DNA from: Eledone cirrhosa
Taxonomy: Eukaryota
DNA: 64,000 bases
Reading direction: 5' to 3'
NCBI GenBank assembly: GCA_964016885.1
Contig: OZ024740.1
Coordinates: forward strand, 312,108,001-312,172,000
Notes under the pieces: generated by a model
Told to the model about the DNA's origin: nothing
Seen by the model: only the letters and a program-made list of their open reading frames with translations
Databases searched by the model: none
In this document: in pieces, positions 54,113 to 64,000 of the stretch
Position numbering within the stretch: position 1 is the stretch's first letter
Layout of the letters: every line of letters starts with the position of its first letter
Translations under genes and position numbers: made by a program

Positions 54113-56005
54113 CAGGTGGCAAACCTAGAAATAACCAATAGATTGTTTTAAGTTAACAGATGTAAGGGGCGGCAATAAGTGTAGTTATAATTTAAGACAA
54201 GTTGTTAAAGAGGGAGTAGGCATGGAGAGTGTGATTGACCATGGTGTGTGGAATGAGATGGCATATGTAGGTGGGGGAAGTTAATTGATCGAAGTGAAAG
54301 ATAGAAAATGATAAAAAGGAAATAGACAGATAAACTGGTTGTAGACAATGCAATAACATTGATTCCAGTTGTGCACAAAAGACTGTTATCACTTGGAGAT
54401 TTATTGTTGTGATAAAAAATGAGGTGTGAGTAAAGGAAATTATTCTCAAAGTAGAAACAGATATGCAGGATCGAATCCAGTGGAGTAAAGATAGATGGTA
54501 TTTCAAGCATGGCATAGGTTATAATTATTTGTGTTGAGAGAATATGTTCAAGTCATTTGTAGTTTTGTATTTACCTGAAAGTAATGTTGAACAGGACTAC
54601 TATCATTTTGATGTAGTTGTGTAGATCTGTGATGTAGGTGCAAGGTGGTATGAAGGAGTAGTAAGAGAAGATAGATGCTTATGTTATTGTGGATAGTATT
54701 TTGAGAAAGTTTTTTTGCATTTTGTGTTGGCAATTAAAAATTCTATCGTGCCTTGAGTTGAGTAGACCATTGCATGAAATAATTTTTAAAATTTCTAAAG
54801 TTCAAAGCTGCATTGATCGCCTTGATATGGCTTTGCTACACGTAAAATCAACTAAGATAGTTTAGATAGTTTAAAGACGATGTTATAAAGTTTTAGGTCC
54901 TAAATTTTCTTAACAAGAGCTGTAGATTTTCTTTTCTTAAATCAGGGTTCTAAAATGAGTGGGCATACACATAAAATCTTTCTTTTTTTTTAAATTTGAG
55001 GTGGCAGCCACATATTTGTATGTTCCTAAGCTAGTGCTAATTTTACATTGGTATATAATATTTTTATACATACATTTCTTCATTAGAGGGCATTTATTGG
55101 GCTGCCTGCAGTTAAAGTTATTCCATGTGAATGGATCTGGGTTTGATTTGGATTGGTTATGTGAAGCTGTTGTAGGATAGTGAGTAGGTTGTGTTAGGTA
55201 GGTACTGTTTGGGTAGGTGTAGGCAGGTTTCTAGAGTGATTATCATGGAGAAATTTATGATTTAGTTCCATTATAAAGTTCTCAAGGTTAGTAGTGGTTA
55301 AGTGTGAAAGTCTAATGGTGCGACTAGTTAAGATATTCTATGGTATCTGTGGGATGGAGGAAAGTTTTTTTTATCTCATGATATTTGAGATCCTGATCAT
55401 AACTTTATTGTTGTGTGGAAGTTTGTACCATAGAATAGATCTGGAGATGGACCTTCTAGGAAGGGCTCTAGTTTAAGAGTTTACCTGAATGTTGTTTGTT
55501 GATACATCAGTTAAGGGCCTTTGATATTTGTTTGTGTGGCCCGCATTAGTTTGCTGCTTATATTGGTTTATGTGAGTAGATTTAGATTTAAAGGGTTTCC
55601 TGGTAAAATGAATGCTCCTGTGTATATCCAATGTTCTGGGGATGAATTCGATTGTTTTTTTTTTTAAATCCAGCTGCCAGAGTGTGTCATCTTTACATAC
55701 TCCACCTAGAAGTTTGGAAATTTCTAGACTAAGATTATACATAAGTCAGTAACCTGGGTTGTGTTAATGGTTATATCAAAATTATTAATTCTATTCTTTC
55801 ATGTTCAGTATTGGTTATTAAATTTAATCACTGAATATCTAGCTACTAACACTATATTGACTTCATCCCTAGTTAAGTCATCTATGTCAAAGTGGATAAA
55901 TTTAGCCGTGGGTTAGTCTTCTATTTTAATAAACCAGGCAATTACCTCATTGGTGTTACCTCATAGCTTAATTGCCAATCGATCCCTTATCTGAGTTAGT
56001 ACCCT

Positions 56006-56225
56006 TCTTCTTCTTCGCCCACTTATTCCTGAGAGCGTCGTGGGGGAAGAGTCCTCAAACACTCCTTCCAGCAGGTCCTGTCAGAAGCAACCATCTCCAA
56101 CTGATCCAGCTAGATCCCCAAGCATGACCATCCAAGCTCATGAATGTAATCCAACCATCTTGCTTGGAGTCTACCTCTAGGTCTCCTACCAGTGGTTTTG
56201 CCCATGAAATCTGTCCAGTGATTCT
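56006..56225 (-). mobile_element. 3' fragment of a distinct Expander/Rex3-like RTE with (GAA)n tail and 10-bp TSD
   Basis: Translates GRRPRGRLQARWLDYIHELGWSCLGI...DRTCWKECLRTLPPR; TSD ttagtaccct at 55996-56005 and 56226-56235. Confidence 0.8.
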
Positions 56226-57121
56226 TTAGTACCCTGTCCAATACATTTTTACTAATGTATCCAATGTCCAGTTTATAAGTCTAATAGACGAGTAACTCTC
56301 AAAGTTGAGTTTATGATCTTTTAAGTTAAAGGTGGGTTGTCGAAGCTTAAATGGCTCAGTACGGTCAGCTATACTTTTACTATTTCTAGTCCTCCTTTGT
56401 TGATGTAATTTACAATTGATCTGTCCACCTTTTTGCATATTTTATGCAATTCTTTATAAATAAAATTGATACAGGTGTTAGTATCCATTGAGTATGTTTC
56501 CTGTTTTGTCGGCTTGAATCTGTGTACCATCAGTGTTTCTTAATTTGTCCATTAAAGATCAAAGATTTCATTAGAATTCATTGTGGTGTCTGCACTTTCA
56601 AAATTTAATTTTACTGACCATATTCATTAGGTCAGTTTCAAAGGCCTCTAGGAGTGTGTTGAGTTCTTATAGGATTTGAATCCATAGTTGTTATGTTCAT
56701 TAGGGCTTTGGCTGCTATTTTTACTCACTAATTCACTATCAATATGGAATGCCCTCCATCTAATGTGATGGATAATGTCATTAGTTTTTTGGAGATTAAG
56801 CATTTGAAGTATTCATTTTTATAAACGCTTTTGATCACAGCCTTTCAAAAGATGGCAAACTGAACTAAACGCTCCCATCAACAGTTTTCCAAGTGATGGC
56901 AAAAATAAACAGACACCCTTCTTCTCAAAAAGATATTTTTTTCATTTCTGTCCCTGCTTACTCTCCTATATCTTTCTATTTCTTCTTTAATATCTCATTC
57001 TATTTTCTAATGAAGAACTAGTGTCCAAAACGTTAAGACACTTTTCCTAGTATATCAAATGTAAAATTAATATATTTCTTCATTGTACTGTGTCATTTCT
57101 GTTTACTTATATATATATATA

Positions 57122-58190
57122 TCATCATCTATGCACATTACATGTCCGTACCAAAGCAGTCTTCTCTCTTGCGCACACCACTTTGGATTCTTCTTAAATC
57201 CAGTTTCTCCCTCAGTTGATCCAGGCTCTGCCTTTCTGTCACATTTACATTGCATATCCAACAAAGCATGGTTGCTTCATTTCTCTCCAGTCTATGCATG
57301 TCCTCCCAGTCACAGCCCATGTTTCACTACCATGCAGCATTGCACTTCGCACACAGGTGTCCTTCTGTTGTCAACATTGGGAGTAACTTTCTAAACTTCT
57401 TCCACCCTATCTTTATTCTAGCTATTATGCTCTTGGAGCACCCTCCTCCTCTGATAATAAGGTCACCTATATAGTAAAAGCTATTAACCATTTCTATGGA
57501 TTCTTCATGTGATTGGAAAAGGTTTATATTACTGACACTCTTCTCCACGATTACCCCTGTGCATCTTTTATATACAAAGTCTTCCCTTCCTGTTAGTCTA
57601 CCTGTTATCCCACTTCATATCTTGTGTACATTGTATAGAGTTTATACCTACTCCTTTTCTACATATTGAGCAGAACCACTTCCCTAAGGGGATCTGGGTC
57701 CTATCTTTTTTCCTACTCACTAGCACTTCTGCATGCTGAAAAACTAGTTTTTATAGCTGAATTTGTAAAAGATTTAAAGAAAAAATTCCAGGCATGAAAG
57801 CAAACCTAGAATTTAGAGGCTTCAAAGAATAATTAGCAAAAACTAAAGTTTTAGTAAGTAGAAAAGACAACAGAAATCTGCTACCATTAAGAAGTGGCCA
57901 TGCTCAATATGCAGAAAATGTGCAAATAGCAACATATGCACAATCTGTGTAGTGAGATCACTGACACGCTGACAGAAAAGGTAGACTTTGTATGTGCAGA
58001 TGCACAATAACAATCAGCAGTAAGAGTACATGTGAAATAGATATTTTCAAATGCTTTGATGGCGCTCTAGAAGTAGTTGATAGTTTTTATAAACATAGTG
58101 ACCTAATTAGCAGTGGATATGGGTGTTCTGCTTGTAAGGAGAGATTGTATGATGCTTTTATACATAATGTGATGCTACATTGTGGGCCTT
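57122..58190. mobile_element. Two old RTE relics back to back (minus 57122-57730, plus 57730-58190)
   Basis: EMVNSFYYIGDLI..GGGCS..ARIKIGWKKFRKLLP, RLERNEATML on minus; ctaaagttttagtaagtag...aagtggccatgctcaatatg on plus. Confidence 0.75.
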
Positions 58191-58432
58191 GTCATGTTCT
58201 TGACAAGGCCAAAGAGTCCCCTATTCTTTGCAATAATATTAGATAAATTCTCTGTAGGCCCATTTTTAGCTGTAGGGTAAAAATATGAAGATCACATCAT
58301 TAATAATATATACATATTGACACACTATTACCCTTTACCCTTTAATTCCTTAAAAGCATATTAAGTGTTCTAGCTTCACCAGAACCACAATAGTTTAAAT
58401 AAATTGAATTAAAGAATGTTCTAAAGACATAC

Positions 58433-58496
58433 CTGAATTCATGGTACGCAGTGTAATATTTGAGGTACTTGAAAGCATCCATGCAGGAAAACCACC
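58433..58496 (-). CDS. GLB1: Beta-galactosidase exon equivalent to GLB1 exon 4, 64 nt
   Basis: ctcatag|GGT GGT...TCA G|gtatgt; GGFPAWMLSSTSNITLRTMNS. Confidence 0.92.
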
Positions 58497-58518
58497 CTAT
58501 GAGAAAATTAAATGTGTG

Positions 58519-58596
<78 letters not shown>

Positions 58597-58639
58597 CATA
58601 TATATATATATTGTGTCTCATGAAACACAAAAGGTAAAA

Positions 58640-59075
58640 CTAAAACTGTGAGACACTTCTTCCTCTTCTACTCTAGTATTTGTAGGGTCCAATGTCTGCA
58701 GCTGCTACACATACAGACATCCTTGAATGTATCAACTGGAAGGCTTCTCAACTAACTGACATGTGCTCACCAACACACTCCAGCTTCTGGTCTACAAACG
58801 CACAGCCTTCTGCCTTCTCTCTCTGCTTTTTCTATCATTACTGCTATGGCTTGTGTCCCTCAAAGATAGCTAGTTTTGTGCCACCATCATGCAGACAGTC
58901 ACATCACACTTGCCCGTCCTTTCTGCATCCACATTGTGTCCATCGTCCTATACCCCAGATCCTGCATTAGCCACTCTGTCCAGTTCTACTTCAACAGAAT
59001 GTCAACCATCTGGAATCTTCTCTCTGCACTTTTTTCTCCAGTTGTCAAGATTCTATATGGATGCTTGGCCTGCTA
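58640..59075 (+). mobile_element. Old LINE C-terminal relic
   Basis: Degenerate FFYHYCYGLC...VPP...H..V.I....S.QFYFNRMSTIWNLL, resembling C-termini of Jockey/CR1-group ORF2. Confidence 0.45.
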
Positions 59076-59819
59076 GAAACAGCAGGGAAATATATTTCAA
59101 ATCCCACTTTACCATCTTTAAATGAGATGATGAATACATTACACTGGAATGCCTTTGATCATAATTTTACTTTGCACAATCAGAGCTGAATTGAGGTGAA
59201 ACAAGTAGGTAAATTTTGTACCAATTCAGCCAGTTGCAATTTTCAAAATGCTGACTATATTCACCATTCACATGATTTCTTTCATTACATAACCTTCTCA
59301 TACCTGTTGGGGCTGATGTGGTTGATATTCAGCTCATACATCAGTAGATTGATACCAGTAAAGAAAGTCTTAGCTGACTGGGAGCCCCAGAATGCAATGC
59401 ACAGTAGCAACTACACAAACTCTGTCCCTTTCAGATGCAGAAAACAAATATCAAACAACAACCCACCCATTTGGAAATCCTCTCTGCTTGTCAAGTACAA
59501 ATCTTCTGGGCTGCTACCATCATATACTGGTAGAGTGAAAGGTAGAAAGGATTGAAGAGATTGCAGAGATATCAGAGCAGAGGTGAGTAGATGTATGCTG
59601 TGTATAAAAAGCAAGATAGAGGGGAGCCACAGCCAGTCTCCTCCTGGACAAGGAACACATGTGCAAATTATTCTTGGTGGGTATCAACGCTGAGATGTGT
59701 AGAGTAGGCATATTGTTAGCAGAGAAATAACACCCAAAGCATGTGACTGAATAATTTAGGTTAGAATAGTCATGCTCAACACAGCAATAACAGTTATCTG
59801 TATTTGCATCAGTCAGAAC

Positions 59820-60350
59820 TGACAGTGAACTTGCTATCATGGCTGGTGAATTTAATGGACATGTTGGACAACACTATGATAACTACTCTGGTGTATATGC
59901 AGGCTATGGATGTAGCATGATTATTGAGGAGAGATCAACGCACTATGAGTTCTGTGATGCAATGTTACATTATAATGGAACGTGGACAACAATGCAGAGG
60001 ATGTATGAATGTTGGAAAGAAATGAAATAAGCATATTCCATTGGATGTGTAATGTTAGTGTGCATGGATGATGGGGCACAAATGAGCTGAGAGAAAAACT
60101 GTGTAGAAGCTAAATCATATGCAACATAGAAGAAAAAAGATATGAGTAGTGCAGATATATAATGCTTATTGAGGATGACAAAACAATCCACATGGAAGGA
60201 GCCTGCAGAAAAAGACTGAATACGACTTAGGAAGCTGATGTCAAGAAGTTAAATTGCATGGAGATGACAAGTGACCATGGCATGTGGTGAGATGTATCAA
60301 ACCTAGAGATGCTCAATAAAATGTAAATAAACATGATGATAATGATGATG
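59820..60350 (+). mobile_element. Old deleted RTE relic
   Basis: MAGEFNGHVGQH...EFCDA joined to C-terminal remnants and (GAT)n. Confidence 0.6.
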
Positions 60351-60762
60351 CATCTATCATCCCATTCATAATTGGTACAACTGGAATGATACACAACAAC
60401 TTCTGTAAAGAGATTAAAAAATTAGCTACAAATAAAGACATAGTCATGTTCCAGAAAATAACAGTAGAAGGATATTCACATACTGCATTTGTTAACCTTG
60501 AACATTTTTATACATATTTTCTAAGATGTAGCTAATTCTTTTTAAAGAAAGGAAACTCTTGGTGTACTTCTCAAACTAGGAATAATAAAAATGTCAATAA
60601 TAATTTAACCATACTTTCTTATTTCTTAATTCTGAGATTTCAATGGCAGGAGTATTTCCTTACATCTATTCTGATATAGACATTAAATGATGAAGCAAAA
60701 TATGCTTCCATAATTATATAGGAGGACACACCCTTATATATAGCTTCAGAAAATATACTTAC

Positions 60763-60913
60763 AAAATCCCATTCTGCATCAATATAAGGACCAATACGCA
60801 ATATTACCGACAAACCAACAGTTTGAGCAGTTTTCAAAAAGCTTAGTATATCATGATCCCCAGAAAACTGGTAGTTGTTGGGGAAAGGTTCATGGAAATT
60901 CCAGGCTATATAA
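60763..60913 (-). CDS. GLB1: Beta-galactosidase exon equivalent to GLB1 exon 3, 151 nt
   Basis: tttcag|T TAT...GAT TTT|gtaagt; [50 protein letters not shown]. Confidence 0.95.
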
Positions 60914-61399
60914 CTGAAAAATAAAAATAAATTAAAACATAAAATAAAAACTATTGTTATCAAATTGTATTGCATATAGGCAAATGAATGTTACGAAAGG
61001 AAGTAAAATATTTATATCTTAATTTCAGCAGACACCACAAAATAAATAAATACATAAATAGATAAATAAATAAATGAAAATAGAAATTAAAATGCCTGAA
61101 ATAGCATTTCCTCATTTCTGGTTATCTTAAATCACCAGTGCTGGCAAAGTCACTAATCTTCTGACATAGGCTCAGTTCATTTAAATATAAATAGGCAACA
61201 TTATTGCAGGAAACCATAAGCCCTCTCATCAACATAATTAAGACAAATCAGAGAGCTTCTATGTAATTGTTCAACCTGCTATAAATAACAACCAAATCTC
61301 CATCAAATCACACTCTACATTCTTAAATGAAAAAAAATACATTAGGACAATGTAGTCCACCAATTTATGTATATATATGTACATATGTATGTATATGTG

Positions 61400-61632
61400 G
61401 GGACATGGAAATACTCAGTTTGGTGTCTGAGCATGTGGTTAGCCTACCGAGAGTGAGAGACCCCTAGTTTTTGTTAGGACATCAGTCTAGGAGAGGGAAA
61501 ACTCTGATGTAAAACCTGCGACTGAATGGCAGCTAATGATGTTGGCCTGTTCTTTTTGGATAACTTTCATCGACGTTCAAAGAGCGATATTGGTCTAGTG
61601 CAAGGCCTATCTTCACTTAAAAAAGCTTCAAG
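61400..61632 (+). mobile_element. Diverged relative of the unclassified TA-flanked element
   Basis: gacccctag...ctaggagagggaaaactctgatgtaaaacctgc...aatgatgttggcctgttctttttgg...aaaagcttca aligns with 19723-19900. Confidence 0.55.
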
Positions 61633-63059
61633 CACATCAAATATTTGGAAGTCATGGGTTTGGCATAATGGGATAACAAAAAACAAATCCTCCATTCCCA
61701 TTATGCCAAACCCATGACTTCCAAATATCTGATCCACCGAAACTCAGCTGTTTCGGACCATACCAAAATCAACATACTGATTGCGGATTTGGTACGGGTG
61801 ATGAGAAACGTGTCCCGCATGTGCAACCCCGAAGAACTAGAGAGACACATACAACACTTCATCTACCGTATGCAGTTCTCTGGTTACAATCAGAGAGATA
61901 AAATCAGAGTGTATAGAGGAGCCAGAACCAAATGGAAAAAATGGTAAATGATGACACAAATGGGACCTGCCCCTTGTATTGGAGCAAATTTTGGAATAGA
62001 ATAGAAAGAACTAGGAATAAGGCTAATAGAATAAACTCATGGTATGATAGCAATAAATACCAGAGTGTAATGTTCATCGATACAACCCCTAGAGATGAAT
62101 TAGCTTACAATTTAGAAGGGCTCTAGATAAACATAAACTCAATATTAAGATAGTAGAAAGACCAGGTACCTCCATAAAAACACTTATTAGCAAGACATAC
62201 CCTTTTCAAAGACCTCCCTGTATAGATAAGAAATGTATAATCTGTAAATTAAGCCCCCATATTAACTGTAAAACTAGAAATGTAGTATATAGCATAAGAT
62301 GTACTGAAGGACAATGTAGAGATAAAAATATAGTGTACATAGGTGAGACAGCTCGTAGTATAGGGGAACGGATAAATGAACACTGGCGAGACCTTCAAGA
62401 TAGTAAAGAATCATCTGTACTCTACCAACATGCTAAAATAGAACATAAGGGTAAATTAGAGAACATAGAAATAAAAATAGAATCTACACACAGAAAAGAC
62501 GCAATATTTAGACAAATCACAGAGGCAATAAACATAAATGAATTACAACCAAAATTAAATAGAAAACATGAGTGGAACAGCAACATCACAACTTACAATT
62601 AAGGACAAAATGAAAACACACACGCACATAGAACAAACAACCAACCAGTAACATGTAAATAAACAAATAAATAAACAAATATAAACACACACAGACACCC
62701 GGATGTAACACATGCGCAAACTAAGCACACAACACACACACACACAAAAACAAGATGGCGTAGGACAGAACAAAGGAGAGGCACAAAAAACAAAGAAAAG
62801 AATCCCCAGTCACTGAAGAGGTCACAGAATGTGTGACGAAAGAACTTTGACAATATATAAACAACTATCTGGTTGTGGAACCAACCAACCAACCGGAAAT
62901 TTATAAATTCCTAAATTTATAAATTTATTATAATAAATTGAAGTGAAAGCAACTGGTGCGTGTGTTTCTTATTGGCAACATGACCCTCCCAAAGTATAAC
63001 AATATCAGTTTCAATACACGTTTTCAGATAAAAAATCTTGCTAAACAAATTCAGAAACG

Positions 63060-63061
<2 letters not shown>
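61633..63061 (+). mobile_element. 5'-truncated Penelope-like element (family B) with short 5' inversion
   Basis: High identity to reverse complement of 24521-26200; GIY-YIG YIGETARSIGERINEH; ends in (TA)n at the same position as the 24001 copy. Confidence 0.92.
62809..62851 (+). ncRNA. Minimal type I hammerhead ribozyme in PLE pLTR
   Basis: gtca-CTGAAGA-g-gtcaca(gaatg)tgtgac-GAAA-gaac-TT-tgac. Confidence 0.8.
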
Positions 63062-63110
<49 letters not shown>

Positions 63111-63340
63111 GTATAATAAACAATACAATATAATTACCTCATTACCAGAGGTTTCCCGAATAAGACGAATACGAAAAACGTCCTCATTCGTTCATCGGAC
63201 AAAGCAATTTAAAACATAGTGAAATATTTCCTTATTTTTTTATATATCTCTTGCATTACTTTTATTTATATATTTTTTGCCAGTTAAACTCTTGCCTTTC
63301 TTGAGGAGACTTTTCAAATATTTCACTATGTTTTAAATTG

Positions 63341-63408
63341 CCTTGTCCGATGAACGAATGAGGACGTTTTTCGTATTCGTCTTATTCGGGAAACCTCTGG
63401 TAATGAGG
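63341..63408 (+). ncRNA. Hammerhead ribozyme candidate with CCGATGA (U4C) core; further copies at 63483-63550 (+) and 63137-63204 (-)
   Basis: ccttgt-CCGATGA-a-cgaatgaggacg(11 nt)cgtcttattcg-g-GAAA-cc(tct)gg-TA-atgagg: 6-bp stem I, ~11-bp stem II, 3-bp stem III. Confidence 0.65.
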
Positions 63409-63770
63409 TAATTATATTGTATTGTTTATTATACATTAAATTTTGCTCTGGTACTTACATAGAGCACTCTTCATTTAAATTGCCTTGTCCGATGAACGAA
63501 TGAGGACGTTTTTCGTATTCGTCTTATTCGGGAAACCTCTGGTAATGAGGTAATTATATTGTATTGTTTGTTATTCATTAAATTTTGCTCTGGTACTTAC
63601 ATAGAGCACTCTTCACTCTACTTTTTCAATTTTCAACAGAAACTTCAATACTTATACAGCTCCCAAGGGAATGATCGTAGCATATTCTACATTTTTATGA
63701 GATTGGCATCTTCCAGCCCTTTTAAAGTCGAACACTCTTCAGTCAATAGGATTTTAAACCAATACTGAAC

Positions 63771-64000
63771 ATGGATAAATATCCTTTGGATTATTCTATC
63801 AAGAATATCCCAACACCTTCTAACACTTCCTACACGAAAATGCTGATAGACAAAGTAGAGAAAGTTGTTAAAAGAATGAGATGGAAAGCTTTGATTCTCG
63901 ATGGACACTTTAACACGGACTCTACGGAACATTTTGATATCAAAACTCATAAATACCCGCAAAGAGTAAAAGATATGACCGCTTTTGAACTAGACTTAGT
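63771..64000 (+). CDS. N-terminus of Naiad-like PLE polyprotein, open to window end
   Basis: MDKYPLDYSIKNIPTPSNTSYTKMLIDKVEKVVKRMRWKALIL...FDIKTHKYPQRVKDMTAFELDL; no stop; not in ORF track because it is unterminated. Confidence 0.85.
   Translation, partial: MDKYPLDYSIKNIPTPSNTSYTKMLIDKVEKVVKRMRWKALILDGHFNTDSTEHFDIKTHKYPQRVKDMTAFELDL

Larger units (their letters stand above)
51190..56830 (-). mobile_element. Old, decayed Naiad-like Penelope element, interrupted by a CR1-group LINE and an RTE fragment
   Basis: Minus-strand relic motifs RWRAF (~56750), NYGFKS (~56680), IQADKTGN (~56510), KFIHFDIDD (~55890), NCRQPNKCPL (~55100), YQCKIS...YVAAT (~55020); pLTR with hammerhead at 51270-51363; boundaries approximate. 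Confidence 0.7.
63107..64000 (+). mobile_element. 5' end of a Naiad-like Penelope element: inverted + tandem pLTR units and ORF start
   Basis: 63107-63230 is the reverse complement of 63316-63440; 142-bp tandem duplication; ORF follows. Confidence 0.85.

Noticed and set aside
57000-57040. ctaatgaagaactagtgtccaaaacgttaag, resembling a minimal hammerhead
   Set aside because: Both core boxes are mutated and stem II does not pair; at most a dead relic

Overview
Eukaryotic, very AT-rich, repeat-dominated animal genomic DNA. The repeat content (CORE-type and Meta-type tRNA SINEs with RTE tails, huge TA/CA microsatellites) suggests an octopus or other cephalopod; this is an inference. Host genes, all on the minus strand: (i) seven consecutive internal exons of a GH35 beta-galactosidase (GLB1-like, equivalent to exons 3-9) between 60913 and 35963, with canonical GT-AG sites, consistent phases and both catalytic Glu motifs; its 3' exons are not visible and the gene runs into a 200-N scaffold gap; (ii) an orphan 705-nt proline-rich exon (13350-14054); (iii) a single-exon 413-aa ORF with a Pro-rich 13-aa repeat fused to an intact OTU cysteine-protease domain (16-1257). 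The rest is transposon-derived: several RTE LINEs (one full length with TSD, with a PHD-type finger just after the RT core), two groups of Penelope-like elements (PLEs; a Naiad-like group and a second GIY-YIG family), a CR1-group LINE, a mariner, piggyBac MITEs, a non-autonomous Helitron, SINEs, an unclassified TA-flanked non-autonomous element, and more than 10 kb of microsatellite that produces all the YI/HT/MC-repeat ORFs. The most notable hidden signal is a set of hammerhead-ribozyme folds in the PLE pseudo-LTRs, including non-canonical cores (a compensatory U3-A8 variant and a U4C variant) with a shared long stem II.
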